DNA of 56,433 bases, filler included, from Sphacelaria rigidula (Eukaryota), in the NCBI GenBank assembly GCA_964200075.2. It is 3 parts of 3 records of this genome, joined end to end, with 100 filler letters (N's around TTAATTAATTAA, not from the genome) between each part and the next. Parts side by side here need not be neighbours in the genome. Positions count along the whole stretch, not along the records: positions 18,848 to 37,592 come from CAXNAA020000800.1; positions 37,693 to 56,433 come from CAXNAA020000801.1; 1 more part is not named here. The stretch is one strand, 5' to 3'. Of this stretch, positions 34,750-46,200 are shown piece after piece. Each line of letters begins with the position of its first letter. The first letter of the stretch is position 1. Position numbers and translations under genes: made by a program. The notes under the pieces are model-generated. The model had not been told where the DNA came from. It was given only the letters and a program-made list of their open reading frames with translations, and ran no database searches.

Positions 34750-37049
34750 GCAGAGTAGATACAGACGCACACCAGTGGGCACCGCAGAGCCACCGACTAA
34801 GGACATAATCAACAACCGATATGAGCAGACAGGATTCTTTGATTGGCGGCCCTCGATGCAGCAGCCTGTGATGCTTTTAGGAGACAACAGCTAGCTAGAC
34901 TATTGACCAGTCAGCAGTCTGAATCTCGTATATCCGCGCGTCGCCACGTTTCCTCAAACTCTTCCGCTCTTTTTCGACTCCAATCAGCCGCTTGTCCATG
35001 TTCTTCGCCGCAGTGACCCAATCGTATGCATCGTTGACCTCTACGCCGTAGACGAACAACTTCCGTCGGGCTCCTTTGTGCGGAACAGCCCCTAGCGCAC
35101 GCATGTTCTCCTGTAGGGTACCCTCCCATTGCTTGAGGGGGCGGCCGGTCTCCTTGGGTCTTCGTGTGGAAAGCCGACCGTTCATGACGCGCTTGGGAAG
35201 GCGTGTGTCCTTCTGCCCAACAAGGGCTCCCTCGATTCAGAGTTGACGTTTGCGGATACTCGTCTCGATAGGTTCGCAGTTGGTCATCTCGAGCACCGCT
35301 CTGTATGAAATGGTATTTTAGCCATTTCGATCTTTCCTGCGGAATCCAACCCCTCGCAGCAAGAGCTTGTGATGGGCAGCCAACAAACCGTAGCGTCCAT
35401 GTGGCACATCCATGCAACAGAGCTTCTGACACCTCCGCTTTAAGCAGTCGAACTCTCAAGGATAGCTCGTCGTTGGGTCAGTCGTAGAGTTGGGAGCTAT
35501 ATTTTCGGATACACGCCCACGCCGCATTGATACGGCGCTTGATTTCGATGGACATTTTCGCATCCGAACTGATAGCTTCACCAAGGTAGGTGAACTTCCC
35601 AGTCCGCTTGAACTGTTAACCGGTAGCTTTGATATCCAGGGTGGCCTCCGTGGAACTGGGTACTGACCAAAGGCGCATGGACTCTGTCCTGCTCTCGGAG
35701 ACCATCAGCCCGAATTCCTGGTAGGTCATCCCCGTCACGGGGCTATGTCGGCGTCGTCGGCATTAAGCATTACCCACATCGCGCGTCGCATCTTTTTCAG
35801 CGATGTCTCTTCGACGGGTTCATCCCTGTCACCTTTCGGCGCATCACCTAGAAAGTCCAAGTCTATGACGATGGCTGGGTCCGCCGCAAACCGCTCAACG
35901 ATCACTTCCACCGAGCCTGCTCCTAAGATGTCGAACAACAACGGAGACGAAACACAATCTTGTTTGAGTCCCTTACACACATGTAGCCACGCTGATAGTT
36001 CGCCACTATCTAGCTGTACCCGAGCTCGCATGCCGTCGTGAAACATAACGATGATCGCGATCATTCGCGACGTGACTCCGAACCGAGCAAGCACTTCCCA
36101 CAGGAGCGTGCGGTCAACAGAATCGTAGGTTTCTGCAGATCGATAAAGCACATGTTTCTTGGGACGTTGCTCGCCCGTCCTAACTCCTGTAGTCGGCGTA
36201 CTACAAACATCATATTTGTGATCGATCTTTGGCGCCTACATCCACACTGCTCTTCCGGGAAGATATCTATTTCCTCACAAAACTTGCTGAGCCTGTTGGC
36301 TACGATTTTGAGGAGAACCTTAGCGGTATGTGCCACAAGTGAAATGCCTCTGTAGTTACTACAGTGGGACCTATCTTGTTTCTTGAGTAGCATTCTGATG
36401 GTGACATCTTTCCATTCTTGCGGCATCTCGCCAGATGTTCAAACCGCAAAGATGATGCACTGGAAGTGGTACAGAATATCTGACGCCTCCCCGTTAAGTC
36501 CAAGCTTCAGGATTTCAGCAGGAATATCATCCGGACCGGTTGCTTTGCCGTTTGACATAGCTCTCAGAGTCTCCTCAGTTTCTCTTGGACCTGGCGGGTC
36601 TCCTAGTGACAGCGCTGTTGGTCGTTGAGCAATCGTCTCGATGACGGTGAGGTCGATAGTTGCCGATATGGCGTTCAGCTATGTCGAGAAGTATCGTTCC
36701 CATCTTCCACTGATCAAACCTTCGTTCGTCCCACGGTAAACTGCCGTCCTCATCTCGAATGTACTGTTCACTCTCGATTGGTCGTCCAGACAGTCTCCAC
36801 CCTCCGTTGAGTTAGATGTCTGTGCCACCCCCTCATGTCCCCCGCTCGATTATACTCCTCTAGTTCTCTAGCATACACATCCATATATTTGTCCACCCCA
36901 ACTTGTATCACTTCTTCGACCTTTTCGCATGCTGCTCGCAATGTGCGCCATGCGGGTTTATCTCGAGATGATCCCAGTCTCATCATTGATCTCGCCCTTT
37001 CCCTCTCAATCCAGGCCTGTTCGAATTATGATTACGTAGCTTCCGGGTC
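34750..37049 (-). mobile_element. Decayed RTE-like LINE (RT domain, C-terminus and 3' UTR); 5' part cut off by LTR E
   Basis: EWKDVTIRMLLKKQDRSHCSNYRGISL, EEQCG.RRQRS, CFIDL.K.YDSVDR, GLKQ.CV.SPLLF, MLNADD and EALLHGCATWTL, spread over frameshifted ORFs. No endonuclease domain is visible. Confidence 0.9.
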
Positions 37050-37510
37050 TGTAGACTTGTCTGAAATCAGGACAAGATCACAGTGCTGCCTGCTCTAGAG
37101 TCAAGCAGTTACACAAACAGCTGTCTTCATTAAATCAGAACTGACCCTTGTTTTGATCTCTTAAACAAAATGCTACGCATTTAATATTCATCCTCCACTC
37201 CATTGTCACAAGATCCAAGCTGATATCCATATGCTACCGTACTCCTCATGTCAGAAGTGTTACTGTACCGTCTCTACAGCACCCCCAAGCTACGTTTTAC
37301 TAAACGGTAGAAAAACGAGCTTGATCATCAGTAAACACCGAGAATCACAGTCATGCTTTCTTTGTCTGCCTGATTGTGACACACGACCATTCACTGTCAT
37401 GTGCCAAAAGTGAAATAATAATTTGCACAACCCTGAACATCGACTCGAAGACAACGTCTCAATCGAACCCAGTGAAGTCAATAATTCAATGTCATTTTCC
37501 AGTATACTCA
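37050..37510 (-). mobile_element. 3' end of another family member (element E): LTR 37050-37278, PPT and adjacent internal region
   Basis: TGTAGA...TCTACA termini. The LTR end matches the reverse complement of the element C 3' LTR. PPT at 37279-37286. 37290-37510 resembles 31510-31730 of element B. Confidence 0.8.
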
Positions 37511-37518
37511 CTAATACT

Positions 37519-37592
37519 GCCCCGGTGGCTCAGTTGGTAACCTCGTAACCTTCTGATGGTTGAGTTGGGGGGTTCGATTCCCGGAGCGATCT
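37519..37592 (+). mobile_element. tRNA-derived SINE head, truncated by the spacer
   Basis: GCCCCGGTGGCTCAGTTGG (A box)...GGTTCGATTCCC (B box), matching 46492 onward. Confidence 0.8.
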
Positions 37593-37692
37593 NNNNNNNN
37601 NNNNNNNNNNNNNNNNNNNNNNNNNNNNNNNNNNNNTTAATTAATTAANNNNNNNNNNNNNNNNNNNNNNNNNNNNNNNNNNNNNNNNNNNN
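37593..37692. other. Artificial assembly spacer N44-TTAATTAATTAA-N44
   Basis: Same structure as 18748-18847. It interrupts a SINE copy. Confidence 0.97.
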
Positions 37693-38725
37693 ATACTGTT
37701 GTACCTTACCTTGACTTGGTGTATCTTACTGGACACCGCAGGCCATCCTACGAACATCGCCCGCGCTAATTGAATTAACAATTATGTCCCGGTACATGAG
37801 GTTATGGTTGACACATTTTACAACTACCGCTAACCCGAACCCGAACCCGAATCTCGAACAGAACTTTGTACAGATCTTCAATGTTGGTCGTGTGCCGGTT
37901 TTGAGCGTTCGGCCATAATCTCGCTTAATTCATCCATATTGAGTTACCTCCATCTGTGTGTGGGAGGTATGCCTTGGATCTTGGGTTGCGGACTTCGCCC
38001 GCAAATAAAATCAAGATTTCTGTTCCGGTCCGTGAGGTGGGTTAATCGCAGGGCTACATTCTATCCATGGTTGACTCATTTTTTCAACTTTCACTAACCC
38101 TATATCCTCGACCCCAACGCAATGCATGCCACCCTCGGACACGGGAGGTGCATAGTGTTCAGCCTGGGGTTCCCTGTGTAGCTGGAGCGCCACAGGAGAC
38201 GCCACACATTTTTTTATCCTCATTTTGGCTATTTCCATCAGACCCGCAGTTACCTCGGGCGTGATGAAGTTGACGTGTAATGACTAATAATGGTACGATA
38301 CCCACACACAAAAAAAGAACGCTGCGGGGAGAGAAAATCTACACGTAAGCCGAAGTGAAAAAAAGCCGAGCACGACGTTTGGGGGGTCTTTTTCGCCGAT
38401 GTCCCATATAAGGCGCTTCATCCAACCTGAAATAAATCAGTCATGCATGCGCTGTACTCGTATGTATGACCATGTTTTTCGTGACAGTTTTTCGCTAGTT
38501 TTGGGGGTAGCCCATCGTATTGTAGCATTGGTCTGATGCGTCCCGAAACACGCCCAGTAAGAGATTCATGAGCTCCTCCTCTTTCACGCTCAATCAATTG
38601 TATGTACGAGATTCAAGGTTCCAAGATTCCCGTCTCCTGTCCCAGAGACGACGTGGTTCATCCCACACTTCTGCAAACAGCAAATTATAAATACTAATAA
38701 CGACCTACTACATAATACGCTGGTC

Positions 38726-39070
38726 GCCCCGGCCCGGCTCAGTTGGTAAGCTTAACACCTTCTGCCAGTTGGGTCGTGGGCTCAAACCTCAGAGCGCGAT
38801 CTGGGATTTTTCTCACACCATGCCCAATAGTTGAGAGCGACTATGTCGTGGGTATACACAAAATTCGACTTGACGGTCGACGAGGGAAAGGGAGTGCTGA
38901 ACCTCTCTCGCAATAAAAAAAATAAAAGTCAAGCACCGCAGTAGGAAGGTGGGGCACTAAAAAACAAAAAGAAAAACAAAAAAAACTCCTGTGTCGACCG
39001 TTCTCCTTTGTGAACCCGGCTGATGCGCTCACATATAGCGACCAGAGTAGATAGGACGTCAACACACACT
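38726..39070 (+). mobile_element. tRNA-derived SINE, diverged full-length copy
   Basis: Colinear with 46492-46848: A/B boxes, GAGAGCGACTATGTCGTGG, CACAAAATTCGACTTGACGG, and a CA-rich tail. Confidence 0.85.
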
Positions 39071-39409
39071 CAATAACGTACATCAAAATCATGCCCTCCT
39101 CACACTCCTCCTGCCTCCCATGAAAACGAAGTCTAGCTCACGTTACAACCCTTTCGCTCTGTCATACATCGAATGGAATTCCCATCACGATCATTCGTAT
39201 TACGTGTGTTTTCCTAGTACTCCCTCCCGCCGCAATGAACAAGAAGAGCAAGCCAGCAGAGATGGACAACGAGTATGTGAAGGCCAAACCAAGCAAATAT
39301 CCGGCGAAAACAAACCTATCTTGTATTTTTCTGGTCATGCTCTATTTTGAGGCCCTGCAAATATGCTGTGCGATGTCGCTCGCTGTGCCTGTGCTATGCC
39401 CCGACGGTC

Positions 39410-42400
39410 ATGACGCCTCCTACAAGTACGGCTTCTGCGCCTAAAGTCGACAGCGACGAGTTCGCTCGTGTTTTGACGAAGCAGGTGACTCCACGTAGGG
39501 ATTTTCTGCAGATTCGAAGTGGTGTTCGCGTTTATGTTTTTCGTCCCACATCCTTTTTTTCACCGTTGCGGAGAGCTTAGCAGGGCTGGCTGCCTCTCGG
39601 CTATGAGAGGGTTGGTACTTTGCCGCACCGGATAGGACGGGACTCATGGGGTGGTGATTCTATATACATATGGATTTCTGTTCCCGCTGTGGATGTTGGA
39701 CTTTGTCTGTGTCTATGTCTGGGGGACTACATGGCAGCTTGGGCTGTGCCGTGCGCGTCCGCTGTCTTGTTTTTGTCCTTCGATTTGTTGTTCCCGAAAC
39801 TTGACCGCGCCGGAGATTTGACTTCCGTCACAAGAGCAGTTCGTCGCTGCACCGAACGGACCCCCGTGCCGTGTTTCTGGGCAATAGCTGGCAGCATAGT
39901 TTCTGTCTGTGGGCGAAAGAGGGTTTTTAACGTAGTATGATCGCCGTTTCTCCAGCTCGTACGGCGAAGCATTCTTGTCTTGTATGTGGTAGATGTCTGT
40001 TGATCTCAACGAACAGCTTCTGTATAGCTGAGACTGTACTGAAACCTGAAAGCTGTGAGTGCTGCCTATACGGCTTGTGCTCAATTATCCATTCGCGTAT
40101 TCTCCCTCTTCGCTATTGTAGACGGTGTGTTTGGTTCCTGTTGGGATGACCGGTGGGCCATTGTGGACCCCGCGCACCCTGCTTTACCCAGCACCGGTGT
40201 ATTGTTTTTGCGCGGTGAAGCTGTGTGTGAAGCATTGAATATCCCATGTCTATACGGGTGCCCGTCACCGCCCCAAAAATATGCAACAACGCGGTCCAAC
40301 AGACGTGATGTTTTGGGGCTGCACAGATCAGATCTGCCTTGGATCGGGGTTTGGCGACGTGCATTTTTCTCCCTTTTTTCAAAAATCTCTCCGTTGCGGC
40401 CCAACACTGACTAAAACGAACGAAAGCGGGCGATGGCACCGCGCGGTACCAACCACGTACCTCACTGCCTAGACTGAAGGTGGCCGCTGTTGTACTGCGC
40501 ACTACTGCCATCTGCTGCGAACTGCAACTGTCGGTGTTAACTGGTCTGAACAACACCAAAAATTTCGTTCAGTACCACAGTCAGTAACTACGGAGTAATA
40601 CTGTCTGTATTACACCAACAGCCAGTACAGACTAGGGTGAACAAGCGCGTGTCCTCGTACTCATTGCCTGTGGGCCTCCGGACTCTTCTAATAATACACG
40701 TGTCCGTAGTATAATAGCCGGTCTGAGCTTAGAAAAGTGACGGTCATTGCTCGAGCGCAATACAGGGTGTAGTGCAGTACAGCGGCATTTTAACACTGCT
40801 GCGTTGGCACACAGTTTAGTGTTTTGGAACGTGACATCAGCAGCACTTGAACATTTTCCCCGCCCAAAGTTCATCCCTTGTGAGGGTGGAGGACGAGAAT
40901 GTTTGCACCCATTGCACCAGCAGTGTTCACGGACAGTTAAACACTGTGCTGAGACCATCCACTACCGCTCAGTCGACAAAAGTTAAGCGTGTCTGCAAGC
41001 TCATGAGGAGACGCTCTTGAATCTGTTTGTTGCTATCAAGTTTATCACTCCGGGTGGTGGCATGTTTACATTTGCCGCTGACAGACCGTCTAACTCCAGC
41101 CCCCATAACTAGCTTTGAAGTTCGGTATATGCCCTACACAGTACCCCATTTAGGGGCGAGGCTACCACGTTGTGTCAGTCGTTCGGGCAGGGTTACTGTT
41201 TGCGACTCAACAAATTTGGGGCTTGCCGACACATGATTTGTTCGTTTCAAGCGCTCATTTATGTTGCTTAACGTATCGTACGTTTGTTGCCCCTACTCTG
41301 CGGGATAACCCTATGCTACTTCGATCTTCTCGGTGCCTGTTGGGCATGGGACTCGGGGGGGGGGGGGGTTGGGGGGGGCTACCAGGCGGCGGCACACGTA
41401 TGCGTTGCGTTAGGATTCACAGCTACGACAGCTGGCGCGCTTGAATGCCTCACAGATGTGGTGAGTATTTGCCGCGGTCCAGCAGCCGTGGTGTGTCCGT
41501 GAAATGAGTACGGTTGTTTTGACGTCACTCCTGTGTGCGATCGCCGTCGTCCTTTTCGGAATAATTTATCCTTTGTTTACTTCGTATGGTGTTGGTATAT
41601 CAGGCGTCGTATATGTCCTTCTCGGAACAGCTTTATGTGATGGCCATTCTATGCTAGAGAGAATGGTTGTCACGCGAATCCGCAGTGAACGAGCGAGAGG
41701 ACAGGCGCCGAGGTCACCCCCTGTATCAGTGGGTTGCAGACAGAACTTACTTACTGCATCCACATCTGCTGGCCTCACACTGATGGCATTGAATCATATG
41801 CTGCCGTAACATGACACGTGCCATGCGGGGCGCATAGGCGTAGGCAGATTCGCACCGGACATCATCCACACTGTTTTATAATAGTTCATATGCTTGCTTG
41901 TGGGCCGCCAGGACTACACTACTGGTGAAAGTTTTTGCCAGGTACGTGGATTTTGTGTCATCGCTCTACCAACGTTCGTGTTCTTTTCGCTGGTTTTGCG
42001 CCGTGCGACCCAGGACAATCACCTTCATTTCCCCCAATTTTGTTGCGCACTCTGTGTCGTTTTGATTCGTTTTTGACTTCGGTGTCATTGGTCTTCATTC
42101 GTTTAAGTAGGGCACACTCCTCCTCGCGGCTGGCAGAGGCACCCCTTCGAACTTCCACAGTGTCGTCGGTATCTTCCTGTAGTAGAGATAATATTCGGTC
42201 ACGGGGTTGAACTTTTTTGGACGGAGCAAAACGCCTACACAACTGATTCGTTTTCAATCCTCGTAGCTTTTTTCACGACCACGTCTGGTATCAGTAGTCC
42301 ACGTCTGTTTGGTATGTAAGTTGTCGTCGAGGTACACCCTCTAAGCATCTGCGTTTTTCATCGTTCTAGGTCTACCCCCTCGAGGACACGAGACGTGAAG

Positions 42401-43158
42401 AAATTGATTGACCTGTACCTAAAGGTGCTCCGCTGGTGGCGTTTCATGTTGCCTTGAGTCCAGTCGTGGAAGTGAACCGCACGACCTTCTCAAGCTGGTG
42501 ATCACCCTGATGAAGCATGAACTTACGAGGATTGCCCACTCACCCCGATACGGAGTAGTATATTTTTGTGAGTTGTACAGCCAACGAACTCCGCATCTTG
42601 TATTTCTGCTGCTGTTGGTGGGCACTATCCCCTGCAAGGGTTTAATATCCGCTTGTCGGTGTCTTCAGGATTTGAACGCTTCTCCTATATTGTACAAGTA
42701 TTACATTGTTGGTGAGCCTCACGTTAGTGTGGCCTGAGTTAGGGTTTCGAACGCACCATCTGATGTGAAAAGCTTACAAGCGATGCTGTGGGCCCCGTCG
42801 GTTAAATTGCCCCCACGCCTACCGAAACGAGACTCGAGATCAACTCAAAACTGTCTTTGGTTGAAGCCATTTTCGTTGTTTGTAGGATTGTTTGCAGTCG
42901 CAAAGTGTTCCCAAAAGTACACTCCGCGGCCATGACACGGTGGAAAATGTTTCGTGTGGAACGCGTCGCTGGAGTGTCACGACCTAGTGAGACAACATTT
43001 TGACGATGTGTGCGAGTAGCGTTTATGTGTCGTGTTTGGTTGATAGTTGTTCTCGAAAGATGTGTGCCCCTAATACCGTACCGGAAGAGTTACGATCGAG
43101 TTGTCAACAAAATTGTCGAGCTTCCCGAATTTTGTCAAGGAGCATCACTCGATTTTTC

Positions 43159-43208
<50 letters not shown>

Positions 43209-46200
43209 CTGTCGAACAAATGTTGGTTGCGTTCACGTTTGTTGGCAGGTGCAACGATATCTGGAGGATATGGCAAAGCGAACGATGGAGAACACGTACC
43301 GAGCTGGGAGGACGGAAGCGAACGTTGCCGACGTGCTACAAGGGTTTCAGCAGATGGTGAGGCATCATCTTCACATTTTTAATTTCCAGTTGCGCTTTTG
43401 TTCAGAAGCCGCCTTTGAAACGAATCGGAGAAAGTGAGTTTGGGCTAGACTCCTCTCAACGAGGTGATGCATGGTGTTCGAGACACATGATGGCGATATT
43501 TTCCGTTTTGGTATTGAAAACTGTCAGATGTCTCAAAACTGAAGAACTCGGAAAAAAATCCTCATGAACGGTGGTCAAATACATGCCTCATGAAGATTCG
43601 ACCATTCACTAGCCCACAACAGACTCTTGAAATTGCTAGCTGGTAGTTCAAACGTTTCGAGGATGGAGTTCTTGCGGTATGTAATAGCTGGCATAGCTGT
43701 AATATCTATTTTCAATTGTTCGAAGCATGTAACATGCTGTCATCGTTTTACATGCTATTTTTCGCGGCGTCGGGTGAGTTCATGGCCGATAACCTCCCCC
43801 GCAAGATGAGGCCCCCAGCAAATCGTAAAATCCAGAGTATTCAAAGATCCGAAGCACTTTCTATTCCAAGCATTGTGCGAACGTGATATTACTAGCGTGG
43901 CGTGGCGGTCAACACTCGTCGGGAGGGCTTCTCTGCTGATGCTAGACCGGCTATCGATCACAACAGTCAGCAACACACGTGCAACGCACATCCATCATCT
44001 CCACCATAGGCCAGTGTCCGTATCCGCTTATATGCACCGCCCTCGCTGCTGTTTCCCCCTCTAAGCTTGTCTCCTTTCCGCTCTGCGCCCTCCGTATTCT
44101 CGGGCCCGGCCGCTTGAAACAGCCCATACCTCTCAACTGGAGAGAACTGAGAGATTTCGCCTTCAGCGAGGAGGGTTACTCGACCGGAATAGACACGGCC
44201 AAACGCAAGAAAGCCAGCACCAGCAGAAGCAGCAGTCACGGCCTGGACGGTGGAGTCGGGGTTAGTAGCGGCGGTAGTGGTAGTGGTGCTAGTGGTGAGG
44301 ACGGTGGTGATGCGAAGGAGCAAGGGAAGAGAAAAGGAGACGGAGACGGAGAGGGGGAGGACGAAGAGGAGGGGGAAGAGGAGGACGGAGAGGAGGAGGA
44401 GCGACCGAAACGATGGGATCAACCGTTTCATCATGCCGTGCCGGCGTTCCCTATGCCTCGAAACGCTACCCCTTGGGGTGGTGTTGCCGGAGGGCAGACA
44501 AGCGTTATGGACGATGGAGAAGCATGCGAGCGGGGAGGTGAGAGCAATGCTGTTGATCAATAGTGCAATACATACATCATATTGTTCAAACAGGATGTAG
44601 CCCAGACCTTGAACGTCGGATAATGGTCGTGGATAGAACTTGCGGTATGAAGGACCACATTCTAACATTTCGAAGGCTGGCAGTACTACACTATACTCGA
44701 AGGGGGAGCGGGTCGACACAAACATTACAGACGTAGCTCACTACTACTAAGTACGTAGATTAGGTGAAGACCTAGGCTCTTTATTTTTTGTTTTCCTCAT
44801 TGTTCGAGTAAGGATTTGGCACCTCGAAAACGGATCTTACTTGAAAGCCTCACGCCCTCTTCGTAGGCAACGTAGTAGGCAACAATACAGTTCAACATGT
44901 GCGTGATTGGTAACGTCAAGCCTTGGCCAGATTTCACCTTTAGAGCTAGCCTCATTCTTGACTCCCAGCCACTCTGTATCGGGCGTTGTGGTCAACATTA
45001 TCTTGAACCTCCTTGTCTGCAGTGATCGGTTCAGGGGGGCGATCTTTCACATTTCCGCGCCTCATCTCTAACGGCGCCGTTTCAATGTGCTGATATCTTG
45101 ATATTGGTGATCGGGCGAGCGACTGATTGATTGATTGCGCTACATACTCCTGAATCGATCTAAAGATGGCCATGCAAAAGTCATCCCCGGGACAGATGAA
45201 GTATGTATGATACCTCCAATGTAGTCTAATGGTGCAACTGGCACCATCGGGCGGGGGGAAATATGGGTTCAATTCCCACCAGGTGCGTGTACAAGGTAGA
45301 TGTTCTCAAGGTGGAACAAGCTGGTCACTAATGTACCTTTTCCCTGTGATTTTACACGCGTATGGAGTAGAGGCCAAGTGATATCGCTCTCCCTTCAGCC
45401 TTGAGTGTGCGCACGAAACAACGGGTACCAACGTGAAGTCGACGAGGTATGATGGCAAGTAGTACCTCCGCCTCTCGCCCTCATACCTCTGTTGCAGTTC
45501 ATGAATAGGACAAATGATAGCCAAGCAACGCGAAAGTTTTTTTTCCACACCCTGGACGATGACAATATAATACACAGTCATGAATGTGCTGCGTACAGTA
45601 TCGACTTTTGCGCCTGTCGCAATAGACGAAAGATTCCACACTGTACGCAGGACATTTTTTTACAGTATAATATTTTGTCCAGGGTGTGCTGTGAACTGAA
45701 ACAGTTTATACTGGCTGTTAAACTGTAACTCGAGTTTGACTGGAACTGGTGATGAGGACTCCAGTGTATCCAGTTTGTTTGAAGTTTGCCGTTACCGGCG
45801 ATGTTCATACCAATATTATAATAGTATGGTGACTTTATAACAAGGATGCTTACATTATCACGAACAAAATGACAGTAGACTTGGGGCCTGCACCTGACAG
45901 CAGTACAAGTACAGATAGTACTCGTGGTACGAGCCGGGCCAGCCTAGAAGCGGATTCGGAGGTTGCAGGCCCATTCACAATTTAGTACTTGGAGTTGGAC
46001 CCTAAAATTTGGTAAGAACAATCCATAGGGCACACTCGTAACAAGAAGAAGTATGTGGTCGCATATGACATCGGAACTTCGAGGGCTAGCAGTAGAGTTT
46101 TTTCCTCTTTTTTTTTTTTGGTTTTTTAGTATTTTTTAGTATTTTTTTAAATCATTTTGTATCGCGTCTGTGTAAGTTGTTTTGGGTCTAATTTATTTTA

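Noticed and set aside
45215-45290. A/B-box-like motifs (also on the minus strand at ~15190-15260)
   Set aside because: Too degenerate and single-copy in this window. They may be old SINEs but cannot be supported as features.
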